Assembly (NCBI GenBank): GCA_951406725.2
Contig: OX597832.1
Location: 25,854,001 to 25,918,000, forward strand
DNA length: 64,000 nucleotides
DNA from: Octopus vulgaris
Taxonomy: Eukaryota
Direction: 5' to 3'
Shown here: positions 29,936 to 44,405 of the stretch, piece by piece
Position numbering within the stretch: the first letter of the stretch is position 1
Layout: every line of letters begins with the position of its first letter
Notes under the pieces: generated by a model
Seen by the model: the letters and a program-made list of their open reading frames with translations, nothing else
Told to the model about the DNA's origin: nothing
The model's database searches: none
Program-made: the position numbers and the translations under genes

Positions 29936-30690
29936 AGGAACATTCTAGAAGGTCTAGTCCCTAATTTTGGCTTTGATTTTATACAAATGCTGGAACTGAT
30001 CGCCATTGTATTGTACCAAATGTACCATCCACTTTATCTAAATTCAGGACCAGGTACTAAAATAGTCAAGGGTTCAAAGTCCTACAATTGTTCAATGCCC
30101 TGCCACAAAAGTTAAGAAATCAGCATAAGGTGGGAATAAATGTCTTCAAAAAGAAGTTAGACATCTCTCCACAATACCGGATGGACCAACAGCTCGGCAT
30201 GAGGTACAGACAAGGGCGGCGGTATCAAACTCCCTTATACACCAAATGGGCCAAAAGCTGCAACAAAGGTACATGTAGGATTGTTATTGTTTGTTCCTTC
30301 TCGAGCCATGTCAGGCTCATAAGGGCCGGTTTCCCGGTTTCCTAGGCGTATAGGTTCCCCACCTGGACGGGACGCCGGTCCGTCGCAGGTGAGCTGCAAG
30401 ATGTAGGAGGAAAGAATGAGAGAAAGTTGTGGCGAAAGTGTCAGCAGAAGTTCGCCATTACCTTCTGCCGGAGCCGCGTGGAGTTTAGGTGTTTCGCTCA
30501 TAAACATACACATCACCCGGTCTGAGATTCGAACTCGTGATCCCTCGACCGTGAGTCCGCTGATCTAACCACTAGGCCATGTGCCTCCACACATGTAGGA
30601 ATAGTAATGTGAAAAACCCAGGACTAAGGAAATCAGAAAAACCATGATGATGTTCCAGCATGACCGCAGCCGCATGACTGAAACAAGTAT
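29936..30690 (+). pseudogene. 3' end of a CR1/L2-like LINE (decayed ORF2 C-terminus plus 3' UTR), interrupted by SINE A1
   Basis: Translated fragments ILEGLVPNFG ... LQLFNALPQKLRN..VFKKKLD, typical of CR1-group ORF2 ends; stops and frameshifts present; ends ccagcatgaccgcag...gactgaaacaag. Confidence 0.7.
30283..30590 (-). mobile_element. SINE group A (A1), full length, with 10-bp TSD
   Basis: TSD acatgtagga at 30271-30280 and 30591-30600; colinear with 333-645. Confidence 0.9.
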
Positions 30691-31039
30691 ATATATATAA
30701 ATCAGTAGTACCATATGTGGATTCAGAGAATCGTGTGGCAATCACAGAAAGCTCTTCTTACAAACTCGGCTAGCAACACACATAGCAATTAATTACGAAG
30801 AAATATTGTTTAGAGAGTCCATGTAACTGGAAAGCCAGCATATCTGATCAACGAACATACATATACGCACACACATGTGGTGGACGCGGTCGCGTGCGCT
30901 CACACGCGCACACAGACGCACACACATACGTATATATACACATACGCAAACACACACACACAAAAACACGCAAACACGAACACGCACAGACATACATTTA
31001 CACGATATGTACTTAGAAATGCACGTATGCCTAGAAATA

Positions 31040-31225
<186 letters not shown>

Positions 31226-31347
31226 ACTGCGGCATTCATTTCTATCGTCCGTGATTCACTCGACCTCTCGCATCAAGTTAAATGTTACTAACACGTATAT
31301 AGAACCCCAGCAGCAGCAGCAACGGCAGCAGAAGCAGCAGCAGCAAC

Positions 31348-31427
<80 letters not shown>

Positions 31428-31804
31428 CAGCAGCAGCAGTAATAGTTTTATATAGGAAAGGAAACATTTGTCAATCATAAAACAGTGACGTCGCTATTTC
31501 CAGTTTTGCTCGTGTTTTTGTAGAAATCAATGACAGACTGCGGTTGTAGTTCCTAATTTAAAAGTGGAGAATATTTTAAGATGAAAAATCAATGAGAGGT
31601 ACGATTTAAATAAAAATAAAACTGAATTTCATAAGATTTCGGGCGAGTTTCTTGATTCCTGGTCTCTTTTATTTCTTTTTGTTTCTCTCAGTCAGTTTCC
31701 TGTGAGGTAAAAATAAAATAAAAAGACAAACGAAATAACTTCTTTAATGGATGAACATCGGTGTCGACGATGATTATTCAATTATCCGATACATTGAACA
31801 ACCT

Positions 31805-31943
31805 TGCCAACCAACCACATGGTTCGCGGTTCAGGCCCACTGCGTGGCACCTTGGCCAAGTGTCTTCTACTATAGCTGTGGGCCAACCAAATCCTTTTGA
31901 GTGGATTTTGTAGACGGATACTGAAAGAAGCCCGTCGCATATG

Positions 31944-31977
<34 letters not shown>

Positions 31978-32225
31978 TATATATATGTGTGTGTGTGTGT
32001 TTATGTATATGTATATGCTTGTGTGTCTGTGTTTGCTCCCCCCACCATAACCTGACAACCGATGGTGGTGTGTTTACGTCCCCGTAACATAGCGGTTCGG
32101 TAAAAAAAAGACTGATAGAATAAGTTCTAGACTTACAAAGAATAAGTCCCCGGGTCGATTTGCTCGACTAAAGGCGGTGCTCCAGCATGGCCGCAGTCGA
32201 ATGACTGAAACAAGTAAACGAATAA
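31805..32225 (+). mobile_element. SINE group B with internal microsatellite
   Basis: Head to gaaagaagcccgtcg, then (TA)/(CA)/(TG) repeats, then the 3' half ending ggcggtgctccagcatggccgcagtcgaatgactgaaacaag. Confidence 0.9.
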
Positions 32226-32313
32226 AAAGAAAAGAAACTATGTGTGCATGTGTGTGTTTGTGTGTGTGTATGTGTATGTGTGTGTGTGTGAGTGTGTGTG
32301 TGTGTGTGAGTGT

Positions 32314-32379
<66 letters not shown>

Positions 32380-32732
32380 AGTTCTATACACATTTCAGGA
32401 AAGGAAAAATCTGTTTAAATATTTCATTTGTATAAATGTCTCTATAAATATAGAAACATCTTTCGATGTTTCATCAAATTGCCATAACCCTGAATAAACT
32501 GCAATAACACAGAATTAAAATATTTATAGAGCGGTTCGTGTTGGTCCGTGATATGCGTCAGCAAGATATATTATGCAACAGAATCGATAAAAGGTGTACA
32601 CTAAACTTGCAGCGAGGAGTGGAAAATCCAGCGTTTCAGATTTGGTCCTTCTTCAACTTTTTCTCTGAAGGACTCTGCTGGACATGATGGATTTTCTAGT
32701 CATCAAAGTTCACTAAGCCATTTTTACCGACA

Positions 32733-32763
<31 letters not shown>

Positions 32764-32774
32764 AACACACATAC

Positions 32775-32826
<52 letters not shown>

Positions 32827-32830
32827 ATAA

Positions 32831-32876
<46 letters not shown>

Positions 32877-32904
32877 GTATGTACATATATATATATATGC
32901 ATAC

Positions 32905-33055
32905 ATGACAGGTTTCCTTCAGTTACCGTCTACCACATCCACTCACAAGGCTTTGGTCAACCCGAGGCTATAGTAGAATACAGTTGCCCAAGGCGCCACG
33001 CAGTGGAACTGATCCTGGAACCATGTGGTTGAGAAGCAAGCTTCTTACCACACAA
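32905..33055 (-). mobile_element. SINE group B, 5' half
   Basis: Reverse complement of the B head. Confidence 0.75.
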
Positions 33056-33439
33056 CACACACACACATACAGAACCACATACTTGCATACATATGTATAC
33101 CTGCCCAAATAATGTGTATAAGTGCTATGTATATACATATATGCATATATATATACATATATGCGCACATACACTCACGTGTGTTTGGATGTGTATTTGT
33201 ATGTGTGCGTATATATGTGTTACATATAAATATCTCACAGTTTGATAGCAGGATCCACACACGCACCTACCCACCTACCCCCAACCCTTCCTCCCGCCAC
33301 CACGTTCCATTAATTCCTACTAAACGCAACCAATACAACACTGATGGAAATAGCAAGTGTCACTCTTCACTGATTAACGAAGTTAGTGTCCTAAAAATAA
33401 AATGGAACTTTGTTTCCACTGCCACTACTACTGCTGATG

Positions 33440-33464
33440 TGGATGCTGAGGTTGATGCTGATGT

Positions 33465-33525
<61 letters not shown>

Positions 33526-33540
33526 AACGATGATGATGAG

Positions 33541-33571
<31 letters not shown>

Positions 33572-33606
33572 GTGATGATGATGGTGATGACGATGATGAT
33601 GATGAT

Positions 33607-33637
<31 letters not shown>

Positions 33638-33665
33638 ATAATGATGATTATGATGATGGTGATGC
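33440..33665. repeat. (GAT)n microsatellite
   Basis: Direct reading; it produces the poly-D/poly-H/poly-M ORFs. Confidence 0.95.
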
Positions 33666-33916
33666 TGCAACAGCTCTTACTCTTTTATCCTTGCGCTATT
33701 TACAAATCTCTGCGTGATCAACGATCGTCACAAGATATATTTTCGGTCTACATACACACTTACATACACAGGCAAGCGCATAGAAACACACACACACACG
33801 AACACACACATCCACACACACACACACACTCAAAAACGCATGCACCCACACACACACACAACATACATATAAATAGATAGATAGATCTAGATACACACAC
33901 ATATATATATATGCCG

Positions 33917-33957
<41 letters not shown>

Positions 33958-34024
33958 GCACTAATACACACACATACATACACACAATTTAAGCGTATGT
34001 GTAAGAGAATCTTTGTATACACAT

Positions 34025-34202
34025 CAGAGAAATGCTAGTTCAGCTAAAAAGAATTCTGACTGAGGCGGACACGCAACACTCAGCCACGAGGCATCAAAGG
34101 AAACAGCATGAAAACAAAACACAAACAACCTGAAAAACGTAGCGAAACTCGTGTAATACTAGGAAGTGAGGAAATTGATGAGGTGAAGGGATTCATCTAC
34201 TG
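34025..34202 (+). pseudogene. Possible decayed RTE-type LINE reverse transcriptase fragment
   Basis: EMLVQLKRILTEA ... ILGSEEIDEVKGFIY resembles the post-YADD E.V..F.YLG motif; cut by a SINE C insertion. Confidence 0.4.
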
Positions 34203-34447
34203 AAGGCGACGAGCTGGCAGAAACGTTAGCACGCCGGGCGAAATGCGTAGCCGTATTTCGTCTGCCGTTACGCTACGTTCTGAGTTCAAATTCCGCCGAG
34301 GTTGACTTTGCCTTTCATCCTTTCGGTGTCGATAAATTAAGTACCAGTTACGCACTGGGGGTTGATATAATCGACTTAATCCGTGTTTCTGTTCATGTTT
34401 GTCCTCTCTGTGTTTAGCCCCTTGTGGGTAGTAAAGAAATAGGTATA
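34203..34447 (+). mobile_element. SINE group C, full length, with TSD
   Basis: TSD catctactg at 34194-34202 and 34448-34456. Confidence 0.92.
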
Positions 34448-34745
34448 CATCTACTGGAACAGACTGCAAGTGTATGATAAGCCTGCATGGTATTGGTTAC
34501 ATCATCTTTGATCGTTGGTTTGCTCTATAAGATCTGACCTGAAAATAAACAACAACGACGATGGCGGTGACGACTACGCTGACGAGGACGGTGTGTTGAG
34601 CGGTTCAGCTTTCAGAAATCTGGAGACAATCCTTGTGCATCGTATACCTGCCCTTGGGAATTTGTTAAGTTTGTACTGGAAAACTTTTGAATGCATTATG
34701 TATTAAAACCACAACTACACCAGCAAGCATAAATATGAATATAAA

Positions 34746-34910
34746 GTTAATCCAAACATGAAAGCACAAAAAAACACAACAACGCGAGGACGTGGAACGA
34801 ATAAAGTATTATTGGACGCTCAGGAAAGAATGAAAAAAGGAGGGTTTAACGTTTCGAGCGGAGCTCTTCGTCCGAAACATAGGAGAAAGAAAGATCCAGA
34901 GAAGGGAAGA
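34746..34910 (-). mobile_element. Family E element with hammerhead-like motif
   Basis: Minus 34844-34878: gttt-CGGACGA-agagc-tcc-gctc-GAAA-cg-TT-aaac. Confidence 0.7.
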
Positions 34911-34963
34911 CATATATGAATATATATTTTTTTATCCCGAATTTTGTAAATGTGTATAGAATA

Positions 34964-35310
34964 ATATATCAGCTGAATAAAATTACATCATGATCTGGTT
35001 TTCACGTTTTTTATTATTGTATTAAATATTTTTTTTTAAATTTTGAAGTGTGTTAAACATTAAAACAAATATTTAGTAATGTTCTTAAAGTTCAAACAGT
35101 GCTTCCATATAAGCATTCAACTCGACTGTCAGTCAATACGTTTTGAAATCTGATTATTACGAAAGCATGAAAGCGCTAATTGAACTTTATGAACGTTACT
35201 GAATGATTTTTTTAATGTTTAACACACTTCAAAATTGTAAAAAAATAAATTTTTACTACAAAAAAAACGTGAAAACCAGAGCAGGTTATAACTTTATTCA
35301 ACTAATATAT
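34964..35310. mobile_element. MITE-like fold-back element, ~100-bp imperfect arms
   Basis: tctggttttcacgttttt...ttttgaagtgtgttaaacattaaaa versus ttttaatgtttaacacacttcaaaa...aaaaacgtgaaaaccaga. Confidence 0.7.
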
Positions 35311-35440
35311 ATAATATAATATAATATATTATAATATATCTATATTTAAGCGTACGAGCACATTGAGAATATATTCTATGACAAAATCGCAGCCGACACA
35401 CAGACTAACAACACACCTTGTGTATATGTGTCCGAATATA

Positions 35441-35493
<53 letters not shown>

Positions 35494-35628
35494 TTGATTT
35501 GATTTGGATTGAACTTGTTTCAGCTCATGAGCTGTAGCCATACTGGAGTACGACTATTTGGTGATGCTAAATAATTTTATCTCACTTATTCTTTTTAGAA
35601 ATTGACGTTTGGTGCATGAGAGAGCTTG

Positions 35629-35698
<70 letters not shown>

Positions 35699-36004
35699 CT
35701 GTCAAGTGTCCAAGATGAACCAACTTCACAAGAAGTGTAGATGAGGGCAGCAGCAGATATATATACATATATACATACATACACACACATAAATATTTAT
35801 GTATATACATACAGAGAATGCAAATGCCATTTAAAATTTACGACAGCTGTTTCGGCAGAATATTATCGATGTGTTCGTAGATTACATGATAACGTATGTC
35901 GACCGCCTTCAGGTAAAATTTTAAACAGGTAAGATGTCAGACAGGTGATAATTTATACAGCGAACATGATGTAACCGTCGTCGTTAGATAAGTGGATATT
36001 TATG

Positions 36005-36079
<75 letters not shown>

Positions 36080-36703
36080 GATGAAGATGACGACAACGAT
36101 GATGATGATGTTGATTATGACAACAACGACGACGACGACGATGATCATGATGATGATGATGAGGATGATGATGATGATAAGCTCATTCGCGTCATCAAAT
36201 CGACGTTTTCTGAACAGGAGTACCACATGTACCACATGTCAGGTGTGGAAAGGATCGCAGAACAAAGTGAGATGAAGGGTTTTGCTCAAGAACGTAACGC
36301 ACCGCCCGGTCTAGGAATTGAAATATTGTAAAGGCGGAGACGCAATGGGGTGTCAGTTAAGTCCCAGATTTGCAGATTTTTACGTGGATAACTGTTTCTA
36401 GGTTAAACACAACGCCAGCAGCCTTTGGGGAAGGAAGTGAAGCCAGTCGATTACATCTTTCTCCAGCTCTTGATTGATATTATATATTTATCGACCCGAA
36501 AAGGATGAATGCGGAAGCTGACCTTGGCGGGATTTGAACTTGATAATGTAATAACATACGAAAATACAAAAACCATAATTTATACTGCGTCCGTAATTTG
36601 AACCTCGTACACGGAAGATGTAATGAGTTGTATGAGATACATACAAACACACAAAACACACACAGACATCTGCTCACTCACACACAAACACGCACACATA
36701 CAC

Positions 36704-37116
36704 TATTTCTTTATTGCCCACTAGGGGCTACACATACAGGGGACAAACAAGGACAGACAAACGGATTAAGTCGATTACATCGACCCCAGTGCGTAAATGG
36801 TACTTAATTTATCGACCCCGAAAGGATGAAAGGATGAAAATCGACCTTGGCGGAATTTGAACTCACAATGTAACGCCAGACGAAATACCTATTTCTTTAC
36901 TACTCACAAGGGGCTAAACACAGAGAGGACAAACAAGGACAGACAAACGGATTAAGTCGATTTTATCGACCCCAGTGCGTAACTGGTACTTAATTTATCG
37001 ACCCCGAAAGGATGAAAGGCAAAGTCGACCTCGGCGGAATTTGAACTCAGAACGTAGCGGCAGACGAAATACGGCTACGCATTTCGTCCGGCGTGCTAAC
37101 GTTTATGCCAGCTCGC
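36704..37116 (-). mobile_element. SINE group C tandem dimer
   Basis: Two C bodies head-to-tail, junction gacgaaatac|ctatttctttac at ~36888. Confidence 0.85.
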
Positions 37117-37743
37117 ACACATACACACGTATACACACAAACACATACACGAAATAAAATTCATCAAACTAGTGAAAATCTTAAATGCTTAAATTTTTTT
37201 CTCCCCTTTATAATATCCAACGTAAATTAAGAAAAAATTCGAGCAACTCGTCTGCTTTCATTGTAATGATCATCATCAACGTAGCGGTTTTTGAAGAAAT
37301 AACGAACCCCTGATTGTTACACGAATTTACATTATAAATACTAATAAATGCATATACATGATTAGAGACAATGAATAACAATAGAGCTTATAGAACTGTC
37401 TCTAGTATAAAACTTGAAGAAAACAATTGCGGTTTTCTCCTTTAACAAACAAGTATTTTCAAAAGTAATTAAATATAGCAAACAGGTAATTCAAATAATT
37501 TAGTAGATGAAACTACGCAACAACACAGAAATTTCATTTAAAAGGATACAATACGAATAAGACTCGGTAAAAAAACAACAAGGTAAACAAAATATAAACT
37601 GTATTTAATAATATATGTATGTAGAAAGTAACTCGGGTTTCGATAAAGAAAATATCTTTATAAGCACGTCATAGAAAGGATACAGCAACCAGATTAATAT
37701 AACGTTCGTTCGCACTTTCACTCATTATAAACAGACGTTAATG

Positions 37744-37842
<99 letters not shown>

Positions 37843-37980
37843 GTGTGTGTGTGTATTAGCATTGATGTGATATTTGAAAAAGACAAAAATTGAAAATCCT
37901 TGTGATATAAATAAGCCATAAATTGCCTTCCAGCAACTGAACAAACTTCGAATGATTTTCGTATACAAGCAAGCAATCAT

Positions 37981-38083
<103 letters not shown>

Positions 38084-38126
38084 TACGAACACGAACACAC
38101 AGATATATATAATATAATATAATATA

Positions 38127-38176
<50 letters not shown>

Positions 38177-38225
38177 ATATACAGTATATATATAGAGAGA
38201 GAGAGATGCATATGCACACACACAG

Positions 38226-38273
<48 letters not shown>

Positions 38274-38285
38274 TATATATATATG

Positions 38286-38357
<72 letters not shown>

Positions 38358-38702
38358 AGAGAGAGAGGCGCATATGCATTCACACACACACACAGGCACA
38401 CACATTATATATTAAAGTTCCTGAAAATTTGAAATTTCGTGACTCAAGCTGTCATCTCGATAATAAATTTGCGAAACTCTATCAGCAGCTGCTCGTGCAT
38501 TTGCAGCAAACGGCTATTTTATATACATAATGCTACAAAACAAAATTATAGAAAAGACCATTTCTTGGTAACACAACTATCTGAAATATAATTACCCTAT
38601 ACCTCAAAAACAAGAAAAAAAACTACGATATTAGTCATAGAGGATATAGTGATGGTCAGATATAATGTAAATCCCAATGCACAGAGAATGTATCTGGTTA
38701 AG

Positions 38703-39932
38703 CGAGGGGCGTTGAAAACGTATCCGACTTTTAGGCGTAAAGTAAAAAACATTTCATAAATTTTATTTAATCACCTTGAAAATACTCCCGTTGGGAGTTC
38801 ACACACTTCTCAGGAATGCTATGGTGCGCCACCGTCGCTTTTCTCATAATTCCTTCTTACGACTCAAATTGCTTCCCATTCAGCGTGGTTTTTCAGTCTG
38901 GGAAAGAGCCAGAAGTCACACAATGCCAGGTCGGCAAAGAAGAGAGCTTGTGGAAAAAGTGATGCGTTGTTCTTGTCCAGAAATGCTTGGATTATGTGGG
39001 CGGAATAAGCGAGCGCATTGTCGTGGAGTGGCTGACAATTCTTTGCCGCCCATATATATCCAGCCGCTTTCAACGCACAGCACCACAAAGGTGATGTATA
39101 CAACCCACCGGGTAGTATTCCTTATGGATTGTTTCGCCTTGTGGTGCGTATTCGTAATGTCCAGTATCACGGGAGTCAAAGAAACCGTTCAACATTACCT
39201 TCACAGAGCTGCGAACCTATCGTGCTTTTCCAGATTTTGGTGATGAGGAATACTTCCCCTGGGAGGACTGAAACTTGGCTTCCCGGTCGTAACCATAAAT
39301 CCATGTCTCATCACCAGTGGTGATAGTCTTCATGAAATCAGTCGTGGTTTGCACAGTCCAGCATGTCCTCAGCGATTTCCATGCGAAATGACTTCTGCTT
39401 CTCCATCAGCTCCTTCGGGAAGAATTTTGTCCACACACTCCGCATGCACAAATTCTCCATTAAAATGGAATGTACTGATCCTGCACTTATTCCCACTTCG
39501 TGAGTGTTACTTCCTAGACTCACGACTGTCTTCCATGACTATTCGCCGAACATTCTCAATTGCTTCCTCGTTTCGGCTTGTGGTTGGTCTGCCTGAGTGC
39601 ACCTCGCTCTCTTCTGACGTACAGCCATGTTTGAAACGGTTGTACGATTCCTTGATCTAAATTTTGCCCATGGCATCATCGCCAAAAACACGTCGAATCT
39701 CCTGGATAGTTTGAGCTTGAATATCACCAAGTTTTTGATAAAATTCGATGCAATATCTCTGCTCTATGTGTTTGGTTATCTTCAGTGAAAACAAAACTAG
39801 CCGTAAACAGCCGGGAACCGACACAGCCAACCAGTGCGAAAATAGCGTCACTTCCCACCCAAGAGATTTTGCACACACAGCATTAGTTTGAACACGAAAA
39901 AATGAAGTCGGATACTTTCTGAACAGACCTCG
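38703..39932 (-). mobile_element. Decayed Tc1/mariner (mariner-type) transposon with transposase pseudogene
   Basis: TIRs cgaggggcgttgaaaacgtatccgac / gtcggatactttctgaacagacctcg|TA; minus-strand peptides EQRYCIEF..KLG, SGRP, TGDETWIYGYD, LHDNA, DLALCDFWLFPRLK, with frameshifts and stops. Confidence 0.92.
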
Positions 39933-40423
39933 TATAATAATCTTACGTAAGGCAACCAACGCTCAATATTTTTCTTTCTAGCAACATTCACATGTAATAA
40001 TTACCATGTTCGCTATCACGCTGATGCCATTGTGTTGAAGTAGGAAGATATCAGCGGACAGTTGAGTGTGAATGTACGAATGAGTGACAGTGAGAGACAT
40101 TTTAATGTCATTTTAGTTCTAATAAACTATACATTGTGCGGCCCCCAAACAAAACCTTCCACATTTTACAGGTTGACAAAGTTTCAACAGCAAACACAGA
40201 CTGTGCACTGTTCAAAACCATGACTGAAATTTTATAAAATAGAAAAAAAAACTGTGTACCAATAGCTATACAAGGTGAGGATTACTAACAGCTTAACTTT
40301 ACTCGCGCCATACTAATAGCCGTGTAAAATGTCGGATGTGTTTCTGTCGCTCTCTGAAGTACGTTTTAGAAAATGTTTTCTGCAAACAGGAATTTAATGT
40401 TTAATATCGTGTATATATATATA

Positions 40424-40615
40424 GAGGGAGGGTTTACGAAAAAAAAACGACGAAGATAGGTGGCGTAGAAAACAAACAGATGTATTAGTATAACGCTCAG
40501 GAATTGAAAAAGTCTTTTACGTTTCGAGCCTACGCTCTTCTACAGAAAGGGACACAGAAAAAGACAAGGAGAGAAACGAGGAGAGAAAAAATGTGTATAG
40601 TGGCTACCGATCTAT
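40424..40615 (-). mobile_element. TA-embedded element family F with degenerate hammerhead
   Basis: Homologous to 57695-57850; minus strand ttt-CTGTAGA-agagc-gtag-gctc-GAAA-cg-TA-aaa. Confidence 0.65.
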
Positions 40616-40616
40616 C

Positions 40617-40647
<31 letters not shown>

Positions 40648-40671
40648 GTGTGTGTGTGTGTGTGTATGTGT

Positions 40672-40747
<76 letters not shown>

Positions 40748-41110
40748 GCAAAATTAGATTAAAAGTAGTGTTTTATTAATGTTGAAATACTTTGCAAACT
40801 TTAACTCGGGATTTCACAAAACCGATCATCAGCCGGAATTGAACATCTGTAAATGCTTGTAAAGTCAGGATGTATAAGTACAGTTTGTAACACTTTGAGA
40901 AGTTATTCAGCTGCAATATGCAGTAAAATAAGATATGTATGTGTGTCTATATTATCTATGCACATATATATATATATATATGTATAAATATATATACATA
41001 CATAATACAAATATATGCATATATGTATATGTTTATATAAACATATACACATACATATATATATATAAATATACATATATGGAAATAAATACGCACATAT
41101 GTATACAGGC

Positions 41111-41178
<68 letters not shown>

Positions 41179-41895
41179 CTGACAAAGATCAATATTTATT
41201 TCCACGTTATTCCCTTTTTCCTTCCTTCTTTCCTCAGCACTTTTATAACTTTGTGAGAAAGAGTTGAAGCTCGAAACATCAAACGTACCTCTATTTTATA
41301 ATCTCTCAACATGCATCAAACTAATAATTAGTTCTCGTTTTCACCTTGTCTTCCGTATCGTCGTTAATGTTGATATTATACGTATATATGTATTAGTGTA
41401 TGAGTATCAATATGCGTGTCTGTGCAGTATATTAATGGTAGTGGAGATTGAAAATTTATATTTAATTGGGTTTGAGTGGATTAGCTATTTTATGTAATTA
41501 ATTATAAAGTTAGAGTCAAATGGCAGTGATATATAGCTTATTCCGCTGACGACAGCTAAGAAGCCGAACCATTGAGAGTTATCTACTTTAGCTGAGCGTT
41601 TAGAAGTGGAAACGCCATGAATTAAGATATAGAACGACCAGTACAGAGATAGATACATTGATAATGTTTAGGTAAAGACTAAATGCGTGTGAGTGAGTGT
41701 GTGTGTGTGTGGAATTAGATGTAATACCCGTTTTTTTGATAAACATGCAATTTATCTTAAACATAAAATTGTTGCTTATTAAGCGGTATGACTTATACGT
41801 GTGTGTATGCGCGTGCACGCAAGTGGGGTGAGCGGGCGAACGAAGGGATGTAGCACTCAATATGTTTGGTAAGAGTCAGAAATATTATTTATTCA

Positions 41896-41986
41896 ATAAC
41901 TGTTTAATTCGGCTCCAGGCAAGTTTAAGTTTCGATTGACGAGCCCACGAAACTTTAAGTTGCATGGAGCCGGATCAAACGGTTGT
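41896..41986 (+). ncRNA. Candidate pre-miRNA-like hairpin
   Basis: 39-nt arms (41896-41934 / 41948-41986), 13-nt loop, three G.U pairs and four mismatches on the + strand. Confidence 0.35.
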
Positions 41987-42432
41987 AAATAATATATTTA
42001 CATATACATGTGTGTGTATATATGTGTTTATGTGTGTGCGCGCATGTGCGTATATATGCGTTACATACTATGTATGTATATGTGCGTTACATACTATACA
42101 TACAAACATAGACAGATGCATAATACATACATACATACATACATACATACATACATTCATACATATATAGATTCATGCTTACATTAAACAGATAAATAGA
42201 GGTACAGGCAGGGCTATGTGGTTAAGAAGGTTTTTTTCCAATCACATGCTTTCGGGTTAAGCCTCTCCTGCGATACGTTACGCGTAACATAGAATTGCCT
42301 GTGCCATAACAAGGGTTTTCGTCCCAGACATCTACTTCAAAGAATAATGGAACTGACTAGTTACACATCTGGTACTTTAATAGGTATTTTATAAACATTA
42401 CTTTTCTCCCTCCTGCTCTCTCTCTCTCTCCA

Positions 42433-42493
<61 letters not shown>

Positions 42494-43015
42494 CTGTGGG
42501 TGAGTGGGTGTATGCACTTACCAGAAATAATTTAAACATATTATTATATTGAAATACAAAGTCGTGTAAGAAAAAAAAATTTTTTAATACGTGGTATAGA
42601 TATCAGTTAATATCATATTATATCATATCAGATAATATTATATCATAACCTACGCAAAAGCATTACAAAATACTTAGATATATATAAGTATATACATAGC
42701 ACAGCTTTCCATAGTTTACACAAATACGCACACACCAACACAGAAACATAAACGCAGAGAAACCCGTAAAAACAGACACATGATTTATATATATATATAA
42801 ATCTTTAAAACTAAACTCGATCTCTTCTTGTTAGGGGTTCCAGTTGAACCTACCTCTCGGCAGGAAACACAGATGCGAGCAGTGCGTCGAACTCCCTTGT
42901 TGACCAAATGCCACGTATCAGAGGTGGTTTCACATACTACTGTAGCACATTCAACGGTGGTGCCTTAGCATGGCCGCAGCTTTTGGGCTGAAACATTTTT
43001 AAGGATTTAAGGATT

Positions 43016-43075
<60 letters not shown>

Positions 43076-43077
<2 letters not shown>

Positions 43078-43263
43078 GTGACCGCGTGTGTACCGTTGGC
43101 GATTTCTTTTTCCTCTGGGTCTTTCTTTCTCTTATATTTCCGACGAAGAGCTCCGCTCGAAACGTTAAACCCTCCTTCTTTCCTTCTTTCCTGAGCGTCC
43201 AATAATACTATATTTGTTCCACGTCCTCGCGTTGTTGTGTTTTTTTGTGGTTTCATGTTTGGA

Positions 43264-43267
<4 letters not shown>
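43076..43267 (+). mobile_element. Family E element with hammerhead-like motif, in (TA)n
   Basis: 43137-43169 ttt-CCGACGA-agagc-tcc-gctc-GAAA-cg-TT-aaa; reverse complement of 34746-34910. Confidence 0.75.
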
Positions 43268-43343
<76 letters not shown>

Positions 43344-43347
43344 GGTG

Positions 43348-43386
<39 letters not shown>

Positions 43387-43411
43387 ATATGTGTGTGTGT
43401 GTGCGTGTGAA

Positions 43412-43457
<46 letters not shown>

Positions 43458-43844
43458 TATATATAGGTGTAGGTGTGTGCGAGTGTATGCATATATGAGA
43501 AGAGTACAAGATAAGAGATATTATAGTCATATTTGTTAATAACATCTTTACACGTGTTTCAGCTACAATTACGCAATTATTAGGTGGGATTGATCTTAGG
43601 CAATTATTGCGTATTTGCCTCTACAAAGATGTCCTGTATTGCTCATCCATACTCTACGAACACTGTTGCCGAAAAAGCCCGTAAGATGGCGTCATCTATT
43701 TGATACCAGAGTTTGTTTCACATTCTTTTGTTTTGAACGAATATGGCGTTCTGAGGAGGTAGTTCTATCTCTATCTTTTCAAGGAAAAGCTTGGCAAGGG
43801 TGCTTTAAGAGTAACACTGAGCGATGGAATACTACATAGGTACA

Positions 43845-43924
<80 letters not shown>

Positions 43925-43933
43925 TAAACATAT

Positions 43934-44105
43934 AGGCGTAGTAGTGGCTGTGTGGTAAGTAGCTTGCTTACGAACAACATGCTTCCGGGTTCAGTTCCAC
44001 TGCGTGGTACCTTGGGCAAGTGTCTTCTACTATAGTTTCGGGCCAACCAAAGCTTTGTGAGTGGATTTGGTAGACAGAAACTGAAAGAAGCCCGTCGTAT
44101 ATATA

Positions 44106-44188
<83 letters not shown>

Positions 44189-44405
44189 GTGTGTGTGTGT
44201 TTGTGTATCTGTGTTTGTCCCCCCAGCATAACTTGACAACCAATGCTGGTGTGTTTATGTTCCAGTAACTTAGCGGTTCGGCAAAAAGAGACCGATAGAA
44301 TAAATACTAGGCTTTCAAAGAATAAGTCCTGGGATTTGATTTGCTCGACTAAAAGGCGTTGCTCCATCATGACCACATTCACTGGACTGAAACAAGTAAA
44401 AGAGC
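43934..44405 (+). mobile_element. SINE group B, full length, internal (TA)n
   Basis: ggcgtagtagtggctgtgtggtaagtagc ... gactgaaacaagtaaaagag. Confidence 0.9.

Noticed and set aside
40806-40835. Minus-strand cgg-CTGATGA...GAAA-TC-ccg
   Set aside because: No helix III or stable helix II; may be chance
41540-41620. CTGACGA followed by a cagctaa/ttagctg stem
   Set aside because: No correctly placed GAAA or helix I
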